Part shown: positions 49,204 through 62,931 of the stretch, in pieces
Layout: each line of letters starts with the position of its first letter
Numbering within the stretch: position 1 is the stretch's first letter
Source: Phoronis australis
Lineage: Eukaryota; Animalia; Phoronida
Direction of reading: 5' to 3'
Length of the DNA: 64,000 bases
NCBI GenBank assembly: GCA_002633005.1
Contig: NMRA01000391.1
Location: forward strand, 62,001 to 126,000
The notes under the pieces: generated by a model
Seen by the model: the letters and a program-made list of their open reading frames with translations, nothing else
Told to the model about the DNA's origin: nothing
Databases searched by the model: none
Position numbers and translations under genes: made by a program

Positions 49204-52200
49204 CTGTGGCATTAGTTCGCTACTGATGGAATTTGAATCCTATCATGACAAGGAATATTTTAGGCTGGTTTTATGAGATTTTTGTTTTTAGTGCACTGAA
49301 CAGTACGAATTGTAGCCTCCTGCGAACTTCTTAATTTCCTTATTGTGCGTGTGATCAGTGTTGAGGATTCTTGAAAAGCATTTGGTAAGTGTAAGCATAT
49401 TTTGCTTTGTTACTAGATACTCCAAGCAATAAATTAGTGTATTTATTAAACACGTCCTAACTTTGAAAACATTACCGTTGAAAATGAGATAACCTCAGTG
49501 TTGCTTCTGCATTAAATTCTAATTTCTTATAAATTTTCAATTAAGTGAACATAATTCATTCATCACACATTGTGTTCGTTGGGAAATTTGATGCTCATCT
49601 TGGGCGTACCATGGTTCGGGTGCATTTGAAAAATAAGGATGTTAGACAGTGGACTCAAAGAACAGATCCGTTTACAGAGAGCTTCTCGGAAAATGTCACC
49701 TTTTCATAGGATTTGTTACAGAATCGCTGCTCTTTTGTAGGGGTTGATCCCGTGAACCTAACCTAGTGATTCTTGAAGCATACCGTTTACATGCAGTCAT
49801 GGGTGCTTTTCAACACTTTGCATTGCTCTTGTTGTAGTTGGTTAAATAACCGTTTTGAATTCCCAAAGTGAATCTTTTTGAATGGAATTGAATAAGACAT
49901 CCCATCTTAGGGTTTTTGTCAGAAAAGGCCACCTTCCATAGACAAACTTTGAAAAGGTCACCCATCTAAACGGCACTGCCATATACCTCCTTTGTAGGAG
50001 GATTTTTGTTCTATGGTGAGAGAAATACTTTTAAGGAAAAACACCAATAAATCTACAAAAGTGACAAAATAAAGGGTCACGATCATTGAATGATTAGCAT
50101 TGTCGTTTAGTTCCTGTTATACGTGAGCATATTTGGGAGCAAAATGACGCAAATACATCTTCAAAAAGGTACACTTTGAGGGGCAACATATGACTCCATT
50201 GCCCATTCTCAATCAATCTGTTCTGTAATATCTGTCCCGAACTGATTCGAAGATATGAATAAGAGTACGTTTTCACTGAAGTGAGCGTAGGATCCATACT
50301 ACAATTTATTTAAAAACGGGGCTCGAACAAAAACATCTTGCCCTCAAAGGGCAAATCCATGCTGGTATAGTTAACTAGTATTGTGTTCTCTTTTCTATGC
50401 GTTTCCCTGTGTCTTTCTGGACTGACCCTGTCTCACACCCCTTACCCGAACGCCGGACGCCACGAAAGTTTCACCCTAACGCCTGGAGTTTATTGTAGAC
50501 GAGTACCTTCCCGGCAATCACCATTTAAATGTGAGTGCTTCCGTCCGTCCGTCTATGACCTGACAACGAATTTCTTGAGTACTAATAGCCGCGGTCATGA
50601 CGCCCTTAGGAGGTAACACACGTATGGAACACGTTGGTCGGTTGACTTGCGTATTGGTTCTGGTCCGTATTATGAGACCATGAAGTGTAGTACACTCCTT
50701 GATGATACTTGCGCCTTACCCAATATAAAGGAGCGCCCTTTTGGCGTTGTTTGTTTTTGTTCATTTCAGTTGGTACACAAACCTCAGACAATTTATGACT
50801 GGATTCACGGATTGGGTCACATAACAGTACACATAGGCGGATTTAGAGTGAAGGACCCTCGGTCACTCTCTCGACTCTCGATCGAATTGATTAGTGGGTT
50901 GACACTCATTTCAGGTGGTAGTCAACATTTTTTTTTTTTTTTTTTTCGTTAAAGAGGCATGGAACGCGAAAGCTCGTCAAAATATCTTTTAAACAATTCC
51001 TGACAAAAGTACCATCTCGCAACGTCTAGTATACAGAGTAATTCATTGTCCCCTGTGAGGAAATTTCCAGCAAAGTCGCTTGAGGTCAAATGCCAAATTT
51101 TCCATATAAGTGAAATGTGCTTGGTCTATGTCTTGCCATACCGAATAACGAGACGTGCTTTGCCTTGTGGGAGAAAAATCGACGAAGTGGCGAGCAGTTG
51201 ACAGATCGTTTTTTTTTTTTGAAAGTTGAAATTAAAAGAAATTGCTTTGATATCAACAGAAATTAAAAATTTTTACGAACAAACCCTGAAAATACTTGGT
51301 GAGTAGGTTGAATTCTGTTTCAGTGGCAGAGAACCACTTTCAATGTTGCAATTCAGTCTGTTTATCGCGTTCCAGACCTCTTTAAAGCGATATCACAACT
51401 TGCTTTGGCCAGGTGGTGCAAGCAAAAGCTAGATCTATAACCCCCGCTGACAACACCACTAGCACCTCCCCCGAGTGTCACTTCCTTACTGCGCCATAAA
51501 GTGAATACCGGTAGTCGTTTTGAGGTGGAATATCTTTTCCCACAATGGTCCTGTGTATCTGTATTTCGCCCTGTTTAGTGTACTAAAACGAAAATCTAGT
51601 ATCCCTTAGGCCATTCACTTTCATCAAATCTTCCTCTTAATATTCCTGACAGTGATAAAATTCTATTTCTGTGACCAGCAGCAACATCGAAACCATCGGC
51701 CAAGCAAGAAAACGTTCAGAGTTTATTGGGTTTTGCCAACGGTGAAATTCCGCTTACAAGGAGGTTACGCATTTCTAAAGATGTGCGTGAATTTTCACCG
51801 CTAGTCTTCCTGGGCGCCTTTTACTAGGATCAAAGTGAGCGCGGCGCCGGGATCGGATACAGTTGTGATGACCGCATTGTCCGATGCGAGCAAAAACCCA
51901 AGTGTAATTACCCGACCACAAACTGTATTGAACATCTCTGGCTGTACTAAATGGCAAATTTTCAAAAATGCAATGACCAATTTTTGTTAAAAATGAACAC
52001 CACGGCGGTATTCAGCTGAAAAAAAAACAACCAAGTATGCTTTTCGATTTTTAAAAATCGGTGAACTAATTAGCTAAAAACTACGAACATTGGGTACGAT
52101 TGAAGATAAACGACCGTGCGTATTCATGCTCGGTGGATTTACAAAGTTAACAATATCACATGGATTATTCTTTTAATATTCTTTAAATTTCGTTTAACCT

Positions 52201-53834
52201 GGTTTTTGACTAGGAAATAGTTGTACTTAACTTGTGCCCACTCGTCATTTTTTATGAGGGACAAAAAGCTAGCAACCGAAATTGTCCTAAATCTTCAATT
52301 TGGCTATCACCATGTTTGCACTTTCGTATATTTTATGATTTGAGTTCTAATAAAGATGAAACTTGAACTAATGACTCGAGAAGTTTTGTTTGCGGTGAAA
52401 TGTTTAGTGTAGCTGTAATCTGCAGTGGTGAGGCCGTTCACTTAAAACTAATTTAGTTTTGCTGGCAATCAAAATCTTTCACTACTTTGGTACTTCCAAG
52501 TTTAAAAATGAAATAAAAAGATATCAACACTTTCCCGGTAAGAAAAAAACAAGTAAACAGCAGTATTAAAAATGAAATAACTAAAACCAGCAAAAATGAA
52601 ATAACAAAAACCAGCATGAAACATTTTTAAAACAATCGTTCCTTTGGGAAGTGTCTTTTAGTGAAGATAAACTCAAATTAACTTTTTAGTCATTTTGTAA
52701 TATTAAAAATGTACCAAATTAAAACAACTCTCCACTGTTCCAAGCTGTAACTCTGTGCACATGCCAGAGAGAACCAATTTGGTTGTAATAAAAACCATCA
52801 TTGTTGAGACAGTAGTGCCAGCTGTTGCCTTTCCACTCCATTAGCTCAGATCTGCATCAATACAAAGGGGGTGCTGAATTGGCATCATAAAAGTTGTAAG
52901 CGGTCGGTGACTAGTGTAAGCGAGAAATTCTCCTCAAACGGCGCGAGTACGCATGAAATGTCTGTGGTTTTGGTACCAACAAAGGAATTCACAGCCTGTA
53001 CGATTGATTGGTTTAGAGTAAAAGGCAAAAAGGGACTAAATGCAGTTTTAAGGCGTTATAGTCGCGCTTTTAAGTGTCTGGTCCACTCCTTTGCTCACTG
53101 CAAGAGTGAGCCCTATCCCATGCCGCGGTGACCCGTCAAAGTTCTGGACAAAACTGCGTTACATTTTCAAGTTATTTCGACACTTCTGGAAGTCTCTGAA
53201 TCAAAATCGCGGCGTTATTTATTTTTTTTTAAAACAAATATAATTGGACAACCGAAATAAGTTAAAATTATGCCAGTTCGCCGTTTCAATGTATTGATTC
53301 CAGTTGTCTGATTTTTGTTTCTTACTATTTTTAGTAGTAGGCCTAGGCTTAGCGAAAACAAGTAGGCTGCTGCCGTGTGTGTATTTATAAAATAGTTAAC
53401 TTCATTTCCATTTCAGTTCTTTATTGCTCGTGAACAGGTTCTGCAAATTGGCTGGTCGCGGCGTGTTCGCAGAACGGGGGTCTTCATAATAACATCAAGT
53501 GTACAACAAAATTATATGGAAGTCAAGAACTCAACCCAAATGAAAATAAAGTTTTATTCGAAATAGTATCAAAATTTCATTTTAATATTAAATCTCTTTG
53601 TGTAAGTGGATAGAATTGTATAAATGTGTATGAAAATGATTTATTAACTTTCGTAATCATATGTCATTGTAATCTTAACAACAGTTTTTTTAATTTATGT
53701 ATTTGTGTAAAATAATTGTATACAGATTTCTTTTTTTAATCCACATATAATGCCTCTTGGCGCTTTCTGGGCCTTATGTATGTTCATTGTATCGAAGATT
53801 TCGTAATAAACATTATATAAAAAATAACACTGAT

Positions 53835-53835
53835 C

Positions 53836-53873
<38 letters not shown>
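53835..53873. repeat. (CAA)13 microsatellite
   Basis: Perfect trinucleotide run. Confidence 0.97.
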
Positions 53874-53874
<1 letters not shown>

Positions 53875-56548
53875 TCTCATTATTTAGTCAGATTGAAGTA
53901 TGCCTGGTTGCCGTAGTAGTTACCAATTCTCCAGTAGCACCGACCCGTTGTGGTCCGCACATCACTAAGGGCCGCAGTTTCACTAGTATAGGCGTAGGCA
54001 CATGTATTGAACGACGACGGTAAGTTCAGTCGTTTTAGCTAGGCCACTGCTAGGCTACAGTTCGGTGTAACTATATACCTTTGCGGTACAACTGACTTAC
54101 ATTCAGTGATTTTGCCAAGAGGTTCTGTCAACTCACGCTGGTGGCGTCTTTATTTACAAAAGGTGATTTCTCTAGTCTTTTTGGTCGTGGTGCTGACTGA
54201 AGGAGCGTGTTACTGACCCCCGTTATAGTGGTAGGCCTATATACCACGCGGTTCCTAGGCCTATATGCCTAAATCCGACCGATGGCACTGTCTATTAAAA
54301 ATTGAAAAAGTGGACACACGGTTCTCAAGGATTGCAAAAATACCCTTCGGTTTTGGGTCTATGAGTCGCGAGCATGACGTTGGGTTACCAGAGCAGAGGG
54401 TGAGCTCGTTAGCATTGGGGCCGCCCATCCGCGGCGGAACCGGCTTCAGGAACGGCAAAAGGCTATTACTGGAGCGACCTCTTTCGTCTGAAATTTAAAA
54501 GTTCTGAAGGCTTCAACGCGAATAAATAATGAATGGTTATCATCTGGCATTGTCCTGAAAATATCTTGTCCACATAAATTTGTGAAAATGTGTTGAAGTT
54601 AGCTCCACGAGCACCAGGATTTACATAGGCTGAAGATTTCTAAGTGCTGGACATCCAGGGCTGGCCAAGAGCTCTGGCAGATGACGTCATCTGAAAGTTC
54701 GAAGCCAATCATCGTTTAGTCCCTGTTTTTGCACCAGACACCCAACTTCAGCTGGGAATGGACGGCCATCTTGGTTTCGGGAAGTAAATTTTTATGGATT
54801 TTCGAGCGTAAACTTGGAGTATTTCAGTGGATTATTATTCCAAATGGTGTCGCCTTTCAATGCTACTCCACCAAAGCTTCTGTTAATGTTGGTTGCTGAT
54901 CACAGATGGGAAATTTTATCAGTGGTTTCGCCAAATTCAAGGACGATTGTGAGAGGAGGCAGTGTTTGACATTTTACCGGAAGAAGTGAACTCTTCGTTG
55001 CAGAAATTATTCTGCATTTACTTGCTGACCATCTTCATGCATGCACGTAGTCGGCAACCCTAAAAGAAACCCATAAGTGTTGGTATAAATCAAAAATGTC
55101 CACTCCGAGGCCTGCTTTGCACACGGTGCACGAATCGGTTACGGTAAGTTGAGAATTCACTCAATATTGAGTCAGCGGGGTCAGCTGGGTTCGAAATTGT
55201 GGGGACAGGTGGAGAGTTATTTTTGAATTAGTTCGTCATACTAAAACTGTGCGCCATGATCACTATATACCCCCGTAGAATCTATTAAAACGCATCACCG
55301 ATACAAGTGATTGTAAGCTAACAATGGTTTAAATGATTGATGTGTCTTTGAAGTAAAGAATTTGAGGGACAACGAACTGAAGACTGGGGTTACTCTTGAG
55401 CTAAGCCTACAGATTATCAATCCAATGAGTGACTGACGTAATGTTACTCCCTCATTTTGAGAACCTGTTTATCTACTGACTATTATTTATTAGTATTTCC
55501 AGGTTCCCAAATCCTAATGCCACGGGACATCCAAAAATGATTACATTTATTGATTGGCCAGTACTTTTACTGGCCTCCCTGATGAAAGTCGAACAGACAG
55601 GTCCCTGCAAAGATCCTGTTGACATTATAATGATAATAGCCATTATCAAGTGAAATCTTCCCTTGCCCTTGGATTTCTTTGAAGAAGAAGTTCTCAAATA
55701 AACCATACTTTTTCTTAAATCCGTTACTCGACCTTCCCAGCTTTTCAGTTAATCTTCTAAAAGTGTGAATTCCTATCTAATCCTACCAAGAGAAAGTACT
55801 TTTCGCAAGCTGAAAGGCCTTCCCAATGCAGACAATAAATTGATAGAGAACTATGTATGGCGAACTCATCTAAATTCTAAAACTTGTCGAGATCTCGATC
55901 AGTATCCACAGTGTGGTTGAGGGCGGGCGTGGTGTACATTTGGATACTCGTTGATCTAGTTTGAGTGATGTGGTTGGAAAAAGTCACTCAAACGCTGATG
56001 TTGTTGTGGCGACTGGGTTTGCGTTCAGGACACCTTGATGTACTTCTTTTATTGTAGAACATAGACAAGGTAAAAATATTTTGTTACTGTCCACGCCTAC
56101 CCCTTACAATGTGCCTCTTTGATAATGATACTTGTTATATTAAAACAGTCTGTTTGCAACCATCAGAATAAAGCACGTCATTCAAACTAGCTCAATCAGC
56201 AGTTTTATCCCTGCATGTAAAAATCTGGGTGGCCTGCTTTTTGGCGCCGTCACTCGAAAGTTTTTGCAAATTGACCACCACACACCTCAGTTCTGACGGG
56301 GAAAACTTCACCGCTACGCTAAAATCTTAAAAGAAAATTATCACGCAATATATAACTTACATGGCTACTGTCGATGTTTGTGGACTGAGCTGGAAAAACA
56401 ATAATTTAAAATCGGATTCAGATTCTGAATTTCTCCCCTTGCGAAGCATAATTATTTTATCCCCTTACTTGGGTTTGCTTAAGTGACTTGACATTTGATA
56501 CTGCCTGGTTATCGAACAATGCAGAGCAGTTGGATAATCAAGGACCAG

Positions 56549-56626
56549 GCAGCGACCTAGACATTATTTCTACAATGGCGAAAAGCTGCAGCGACCTCAA
56601 CATTATTTCTACAATGGCGAAAAGCC
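56549..56626. repeat. 39-bp tandem duplication
   Basis: GCAGCGACCT..ACATTATTTCTACAATGGCGAAAAGC occurs twice. Confidence 0.9.
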
Positions 56627-57872
56627 TGTGAACACTGATGAAATGGGTGGAGTAATGGTAAATTTTATTCATTTTATTGTGTTCACGTTCCCAAAAGAGT
56701 TCTACAACAATATGAATTATATTGCACGGAATTATCAATACATTAATGAACCATAGACCAGTCTAGTTATCTCTGTAGTCCTCTGCATGGAATCAATCGT
56801 CTGCTATGCTGGCTAAAGCCAATTCAACTGGTTTACTTTGACCAAGAATATAATCAACAATATTATTATACAAGTGTAAGTCAGGTCTAAAGATGTTCAA
56901 ATATTTTCCGTTCTTTGTACGAGTCTAGAGCTGTAGAATTTAACGAGTAGTTTGAAGCCCTATCCTGGTGTGTCTGCTTCCTAATGCAACTTAAATTGGT
57001 GATTGAACAGTTTAAATGATTCAAAACTCTTCATACACCGACAAGGCACTTGTTCACCTAAGGGAAAAGTGTATGTGCCTTGTGAGAAGGGAATTTTTTG
57101 GGTGTGGAGAAAATTCTGCCCCGTCAGCATCAAATAGCACCCCCACCCCTTATGCTAGCCCACATAGGCGCTGCCTCAAGTAGACGAAACATAACATTTT
57201 GTGCTGTTTCAAATCGTTGCCTGTGTGAGTTACAAGTCAGTCGAACCTTAAGGGTTAATTTTTAGGCCTGATAAGGGTAATTTTGCAGGGTTTTTAATGT
57301 ATTTTCAAAGTGGAATGGGCCCGATATTCAGTCTTACTTAAAGTCAAAGGCTCGAGAGCCCTGAACTGAGATAACGCAATGACTCTTTATTGTGGTGCGG
57401 GGCCCCACATCCGCTGCAACCATGCACCACCCTGCTCCTTTCAAAGCCCAGGCAATGAGGGATCCCATTTCCCATCCCAGTGGGACTATTCACCTCCACG
57501 CTTTTTTTATGAGACAAGCTTAATTGTGGGCAATGCCTGACCAATATGCGAACGATTTTTGATCAGCCTTTGGCAAGAAGTTTGTCGGCTGTGCCAACAC
57601 AAAATGGGACTATTTAGTCTGGCAACCATGCTGGGTGACCTTCTGTGGGCTAGACAACGTGATTTTCGGAATCAAGTCATTCAGCTGGCAACCGGGATTT
57701 TGAGGCCGTGGTATATCCCTGTGTTTCTAACCAGTGTAACTCCCTGAAGTGACAGAAAGTCGTTGGAATCTTGTTTAAGATGTGTCCAGTTAGGCACTTA
57801 TTCCAGCGCAAGTTGTGCTTGGGGTGACTTGTCCGTGATGAGCAGCATATGGTACATTCATGTAATACCATG

Positions 57873-58629
57873 CTAGGCTCGCGCTAGACTTTAAGAGGTA
57901 TTAGCCAAAATGGCTAAATCATCTGAAAACCTTTAGCCATTTTCAAAAATCCTTAGCCAAACACTTTCTCCCTGTCCTCGGGTTACATGGGCATAATGTT
58001 GATAAAAAAATGGGTAGAGGTTCCTCCTATCCCCGGGTTATGGCGGAGGTATGCTGGCCACTTGGGCATTTCATTGATGTTGACCCAAAAAAAGAGACAG
58101 TGGTTGACCCTGTCCCTGGGTTACGGCGGGGATACGCCGGCCTCATAGGCATTTTCATGAGCAAGACATTTAGGTTAAAAAACATTAGCATAAATTGTGG
58201 CTTGCAAAATATAGCTAAATTATGCAGAGTAGTGAATACAAAATTCATTAAATAACAAGTTGACATTAATTTTGCTTTACCTTACTTTCTTTCGGCCGTT
58301 GGGGAAATAGTCCTGACTCATGAGATATACATGTATGAGATCTCGCTATGAAGTGAAAAATTGCCATTAGCAAGAGTGCTGCCCCCTCCCCCAACACAGC
58401 TGAACATTTCGTTGCAGTAAAAGAATCAATTCAGGGGTGTGACTAATATGAAATGGAACTTGGCGTGACTTGATTCGAGCTGACTGAGGCGACACGAAAA
58501 TTGTTTTCCCGAAATTTATTTTTATTGTCGAGCTGCCAAAGCATTCGCCAAGTTGGCGAGTGGAATTAGCTCTACTATCGCCAGTGCCTGTCAGAATTCG
58601 CCAATGGCGAGCTGCTAGCGCGAGCTTAG
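57873..58629. mobile_element. Non-autonomous DNA transposon of about 757 bp, copy/allele 1
   Basis: TIR CTAGGCTCGCGCTAG / CTAGCGCGAGCTTAG (14/15), flanked by CCATG on both sides; subterminal TTAGCCA and TCGCCA repeats. Confidence 0.7.
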
Positions 58630-59217
58630 CCATGAGTGTCAGTTGGAAAAAGTTGCATATGTTCTTCACTGAAACACTGATGCTGTGGCTACACTCCTTC
58701 AAGGAAAGCATCAAATCCTTGATACCTCAGCAGTTCTTTTGAAGAGACAATGGTGTTATGACCACGAAATGCTTTGGTGTTAGATGGAATAGACATTTGG
58801 AAGTAGACCAGAGCTATGAAGCAATGGAAATCTGTTGTATTTTTTGTGATGTTGAACTTGCTACAACAAGTTGTGTGTCAGACATTCGGTGAAATCAACT
58901 CCATTGACTTTATCAGTTAAATATGCTTAAAATTCTCTGCCATTTATTGAGTGGGGGTTTAGTTCTGCCAGTAGAACTTACCCTGGGTCTCGTATGATGT
59001 TTTCAGGTGACAATGTGTTTGTTGGCAATGGCAACTGGGCATTATACTGAACAACAAATGTCCACTGCGCACTGAGCACTCTGGTTTTCTTTTAAAATGT
59101 CAAGATGAACTAGTCAAATTACTCTGTATAGCCTGTCGCGTGTTTAACCATACAACCCAATGTTCAATAGCGGAGTTGCAACGCCGCCATCTTGGAAATG
59201 GGTGAGAATGTTGCATT

Positions 59218-59520
59218 GTGGTAAAGCCGGTAAACAAGTACGTCGGCAAGCGTGGGGGCGAACCGGCCACAGGGAGGTTATACGTGTTGTGTGCCTGGCA
59301 TGCTATAATACCAGTTAGCGAAATAAAAAATTTAGTTACTACCTGTTTCCCAAGGATCAAGAACTGCGTTAAACATGGGTCAGAGACATCGGTAGAGCTG
59401 GTAGCAAAGGCCGACTTCGTGAATTCTTTCCGACTTCGTAGCATAAAGTGTGCAGCGCTCATTTTGAGGGCGGCAAGAAAACGTATCTTAGAAACTGCCC
59501 AACAATATCTCCCTTCAAAG
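59218..59520 (+). pseudogene. THAP-domain pseudogene inside an insertion that starts at 59169
   Basis: YTCCVPG/CYNTS*RNKKFSYYLFPKDQELR*TWVRDIGR...*HKVCSAHFEGGKKTYLRNCPTI: full C2CH THAP signature with frameshifts and 3 stops. Confidence 0.85.
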
Positions 59521-59879
59521 AAACAGTAACAAATACTCCACGGCGGTTGGTAGTGAAAAAAAAACTTGTTTTCGCTTGACCAGAACCAAGCCAACATGAG
59601 CAATTTTGAGGATAATGCCTCTGCACAATCACCTGTTCTGGGTCGACTCACTTAACGTATGCTCACTATATGCATTACGCGCTAAGATAAAGCGTGCAGA
59701 TTATTATTATTTACTTTCTACAAAATTGTGGTACATTGCTATCAAAATTCGTTGTTAAATTACGATCATTTTTCATAAAATTTTGTTGAAGTTCCAGGGC
59801 GAAATCTTGCCGACAAATGCGTAGCTGCTGGTNACTTGTCCGTGATGAGCAGCATATGGTACATTCATATAATACCATG

Positions 59880-60635
59880 CTAGGCTCGCGCTAGACTTTT
59901 AGAGGTATTAGCCAAAATGGCTAAATCATCTGAAAACCTTTAGCCATTTTCAAAAATCATTAGCCAAACACTTTCTCCCTTTCCTCGGGTTACATGGGCA
60001 TAATGTTGATAAAAAAATGGGTAGAGGTTCCTCCTATCCCCGGGTTATGGCGGAGGTATGTTGGCCACTTGGGCATTTCATTGATGTTGACCCAAAACAG
60101 AGACAGTGGTTGACCCTGTCCCTGGGTTACGGCGGGGATACGCCGGCCTCATAGGCATTTTCATGAGCAAGACATTTAAGTTAAAAAACATTAGCATAAA
60201 TTGTGGCTTGCAAAATATAGCTAAATTGTGCAGAGTAGTGAATACAAAATTCATTAAATAACAAGTTGACATTAATTTTGCTTTACCTTACTTTCTTTCG
60301 GCCGTTGCGGAAATAGTCCTGACTCATGAGATATACATGTATGAGATCTCGCTATGAAGTGAAAAATTGCCATTACAAGGAGTGCTGCCCCCTCCCCCAA
60401 CACAGTTGAACATTTCGTTGCAGTAAAAGAATCAATTCAGGGGTGTGACTAATATGAAATGGAACTTTGCGTGACTTGATTCGAGCTGACTGAGGCGACA
60501 CGAAAATTGTTTCCCCGAAATTTATTTTTATTGTCGAGCTGCCAAAGCATTCGCCAAGTTGGCGAGTGGAATTAGCTCTACTATCGCCAGTGCCTGTCAG
60601 AATTCGCCAATGGCGAGCTGCTAGCGCGAGCTTAG
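59880..60635. mobile_element. Same non-autonomous element, copy/allele 2
   Basis: Same TIRs and CCATG flanks as 57873-58629. Confidence 0.7.
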
Positions 60636-61333
60636 CCATGAGTGTCAGTTGGAAAAAGTTGCATATGTTCTTCACTGAAACACTGATGCTGTGGCTACAC
60701 TCCTTCAAGGAAAGCATCAAGTCCTTGATACCTCAGCAGTTCTTTTAAAGAGACAATGGTGTTATGACCACGAAATGCTTTGGTGTTAGATGGAATAGAC
60801 ATTTGGAAGTTGACCAGAGCTATGAAGCAATGGAAATCTGTTGTATTTTTTGTGATGTTGAACTTGCTACAACAACTTGTGTGTCGGACATTCGGTGAAA
60901 TCAACTCCATTGACTTTATCAGTTAAATATGCTTAAAATTCTCTGCCATTTATTGAGTGGGGGTTTAGTTCCGCCAGTAGAACTTACCCTGGGTCTCGTA
61001 TGATGTTTTCAGGTGAAAATGTTTTTGATGGCAATGGCAACTGGGCATTATACTAAACAACAAATGTCCACTGCGCACTGAGTACTCTGGTTTACTTTTA
61101 AAATGTCAAGATGAACTAGTCAAATTACTCTGTATAGCCTGTCGCGTGTTTAACCATACAACCCAATGTTCAATTGTGCTGGTGTAACTGGTGATGTGAA
61201 CAAAAGCATAGACCAAAAGGGAAGCTGCAACACCTGTCATGGGTTGTCGACCAACTGTGGTATACGTTCAACTGGTGTCAAGTCATGAAGTAGAAAATAT
61301 TCTGTGTGATTGTGATGAAAGGAAGTGACTTAA

Positions 61334-62931
61334 AGGAGAATGCCACCCAAAAAAAAACAACCTATTTTGTATCAATTTAGATTGAGTAGTTCTACTCAAT
61401 AACGGCACGTTCGGTTGCGTTACCTCACACCTGATGGCAGACGGAGATGTTGAAATTATCCAATGATGTCATTAGTTTCACGCGTCTGTTCAGCAGTTCA
61501 CAACACGGTTTACTGGTGTCAGCTTATCGCTGGAATTCATCATTTAACGCCAATAAATCATCAAACTTTGATGTAAAACCCTTAAAAACACACCGAGTTC
61601 TTATAAAAACGTGTTGTTTCATTTCGCTGTTACGGATTTATTGGTATTAGGACATCCCGTAGTTTACAAAGTTCGGCAGGCCAATTTACCAAGGTCCGTA
61701 GCAGGAGCTTGGGATCTGTTCGGAGATTAATTCGAAGTGTTCTTCCGTGAAATGCAGACAGCAGAACCTAGATCTGTGTTGTTTAGACTTGTGATTTTTT
61801 TAGTTCTAAACACACAGAATGCTTATCCCGGCCAGTGGTTCAGAACCCGATCTGGCCTGTCGCGGTGGGACTGACTCGTTATCCCGGCCAGTGGCTCGGA
61901 ACCAGATCAGGCCCGTCGCGGCCGCCGCTTGAGTTGGAACTATACTTCCAGTCACGAAAAGACTATAAAAGTGAGCCAAGAAATAATTTGCACGTAATTA
62001 TTTATGTGAACTAGCCAAGAAACTGAAAATATATTTACTTGTCGGGGGCGCGAAGCCGGGTTCCCCTTCCACAGACCATCAGGGCAAAGGTTGTACAGTA
62101 ACAATGATTTGAATAATGTATTTGTATTTCTAAATAAAAATTCCCCTAACATGCGACCATAGCATATAAAACGAGTAATTGTTTCACAACAGCTTTCTGT
62201 ATGCAAACTCCGAATTAGCATGCGCTCACACGGCCTCGGTGCCCGGTCAATTACCTTAGTTTATTGCCGGCATCAAAAGCCGGTAAAGCAGTCGCCATTG
62301 CTGGCTTCTCAACATTAGCACTCACCAATACTTCAAAGGCATTTCAAATTGTATCTAATGAGACATACTTTGTTTCAGTTTTATATAAGCATTGGTTAGG
62401 ATGAGAATAATTCATTTTGAAATGGAACACAGAATGATAAACGTCTACATGGCAACTCGCCCCGGCGCCAATCCAAACTTAGTCAAGAGCTCATAGGTCG
62501 GATCATTAGGTTTCACAGATATAGATAGTTCTTTGGTAAGCCGGAATTTGTCAGAGAAATCATTGTCGACGAAAAGTTGGCCACAGACACGGAGATGTTT
62601 CACAGCCTCATACTTGCTATTAACAGCATACCTTTCATTCTTCACTACGGCGAGCCACTTTCTAAGCATTTCGGGCTCTCGAGTAAGTCGAAAAAATGCT
62701 ATTCACGCTTTCTTCGCAGCTTCATAGTTCGGACAAGCGGAAACGATGCACCGCAACATAGCGGCATTCACTCTTCAGACGAACCACTGATGTCGCTGTG
62801 TCGTTTCTCACCTTCCTCACAGGTAAACGTGAGACCTCTCGGCAAGGTGGGGTTGACCGTATAAGAGGCGATGTGGATATAGACCGATTAAGATTGTAAA
62901 AAAGACTAATTAAATCGGGTGGTATTCTCCT
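61334..62931 (-). mobile_element. TTAA-flanked TIR element of about 1.6 kb carrying a THAP ORF (Kolobok-like, non-autonomous)
   Basis: TTAA|AGGAGAATGCCACCC ... GGGTGGTATTCTCCT|TTAA (14/15 TIR). A TTAA target with 5'-AG ends fits Kolobok rather than piggyBac (CC ends). Confidence 0.75.
62445..62759 (-). pseudogene. Degenerate THAP-domain ORF with an in-frame stop
   Basis: MLRCIVSACPNYEAAKKA*IAFFRL...RKWLAVVK...LRVCGQLFVDNDF; the zinc-ligand His is replaced by Leu. Confidence 0.75.

Larger units (their letters stand above)
57828..61174. repeat. Direct duplicate of about 1.34 kb (57828-59168 vs 59834-61174) across N at 59833
   Basis: Near-identical, with scattered SNPs; the second copy starts right after the N. 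Confidence 0.92.

Noticed and set aside
53695-54023. PolyQ or polyV proteins
   Set aside because: These are translations of a (CAA)13 microsatellite with no exon support.
54490-54770. A further THAP relic on the minus strand after AAGATGGCC
   Set aside because: Only vague W and LCGQ remnants across frameshifts; too degraded to support.
57828-61174. LTR pair or true segmental duplication
   Set aside because: The second copy begins exactly at an N gap, and there are no TG..CA ends, PBS/PPT or gag-pol. It is better explained as an uncollapsed haplotype overlap.
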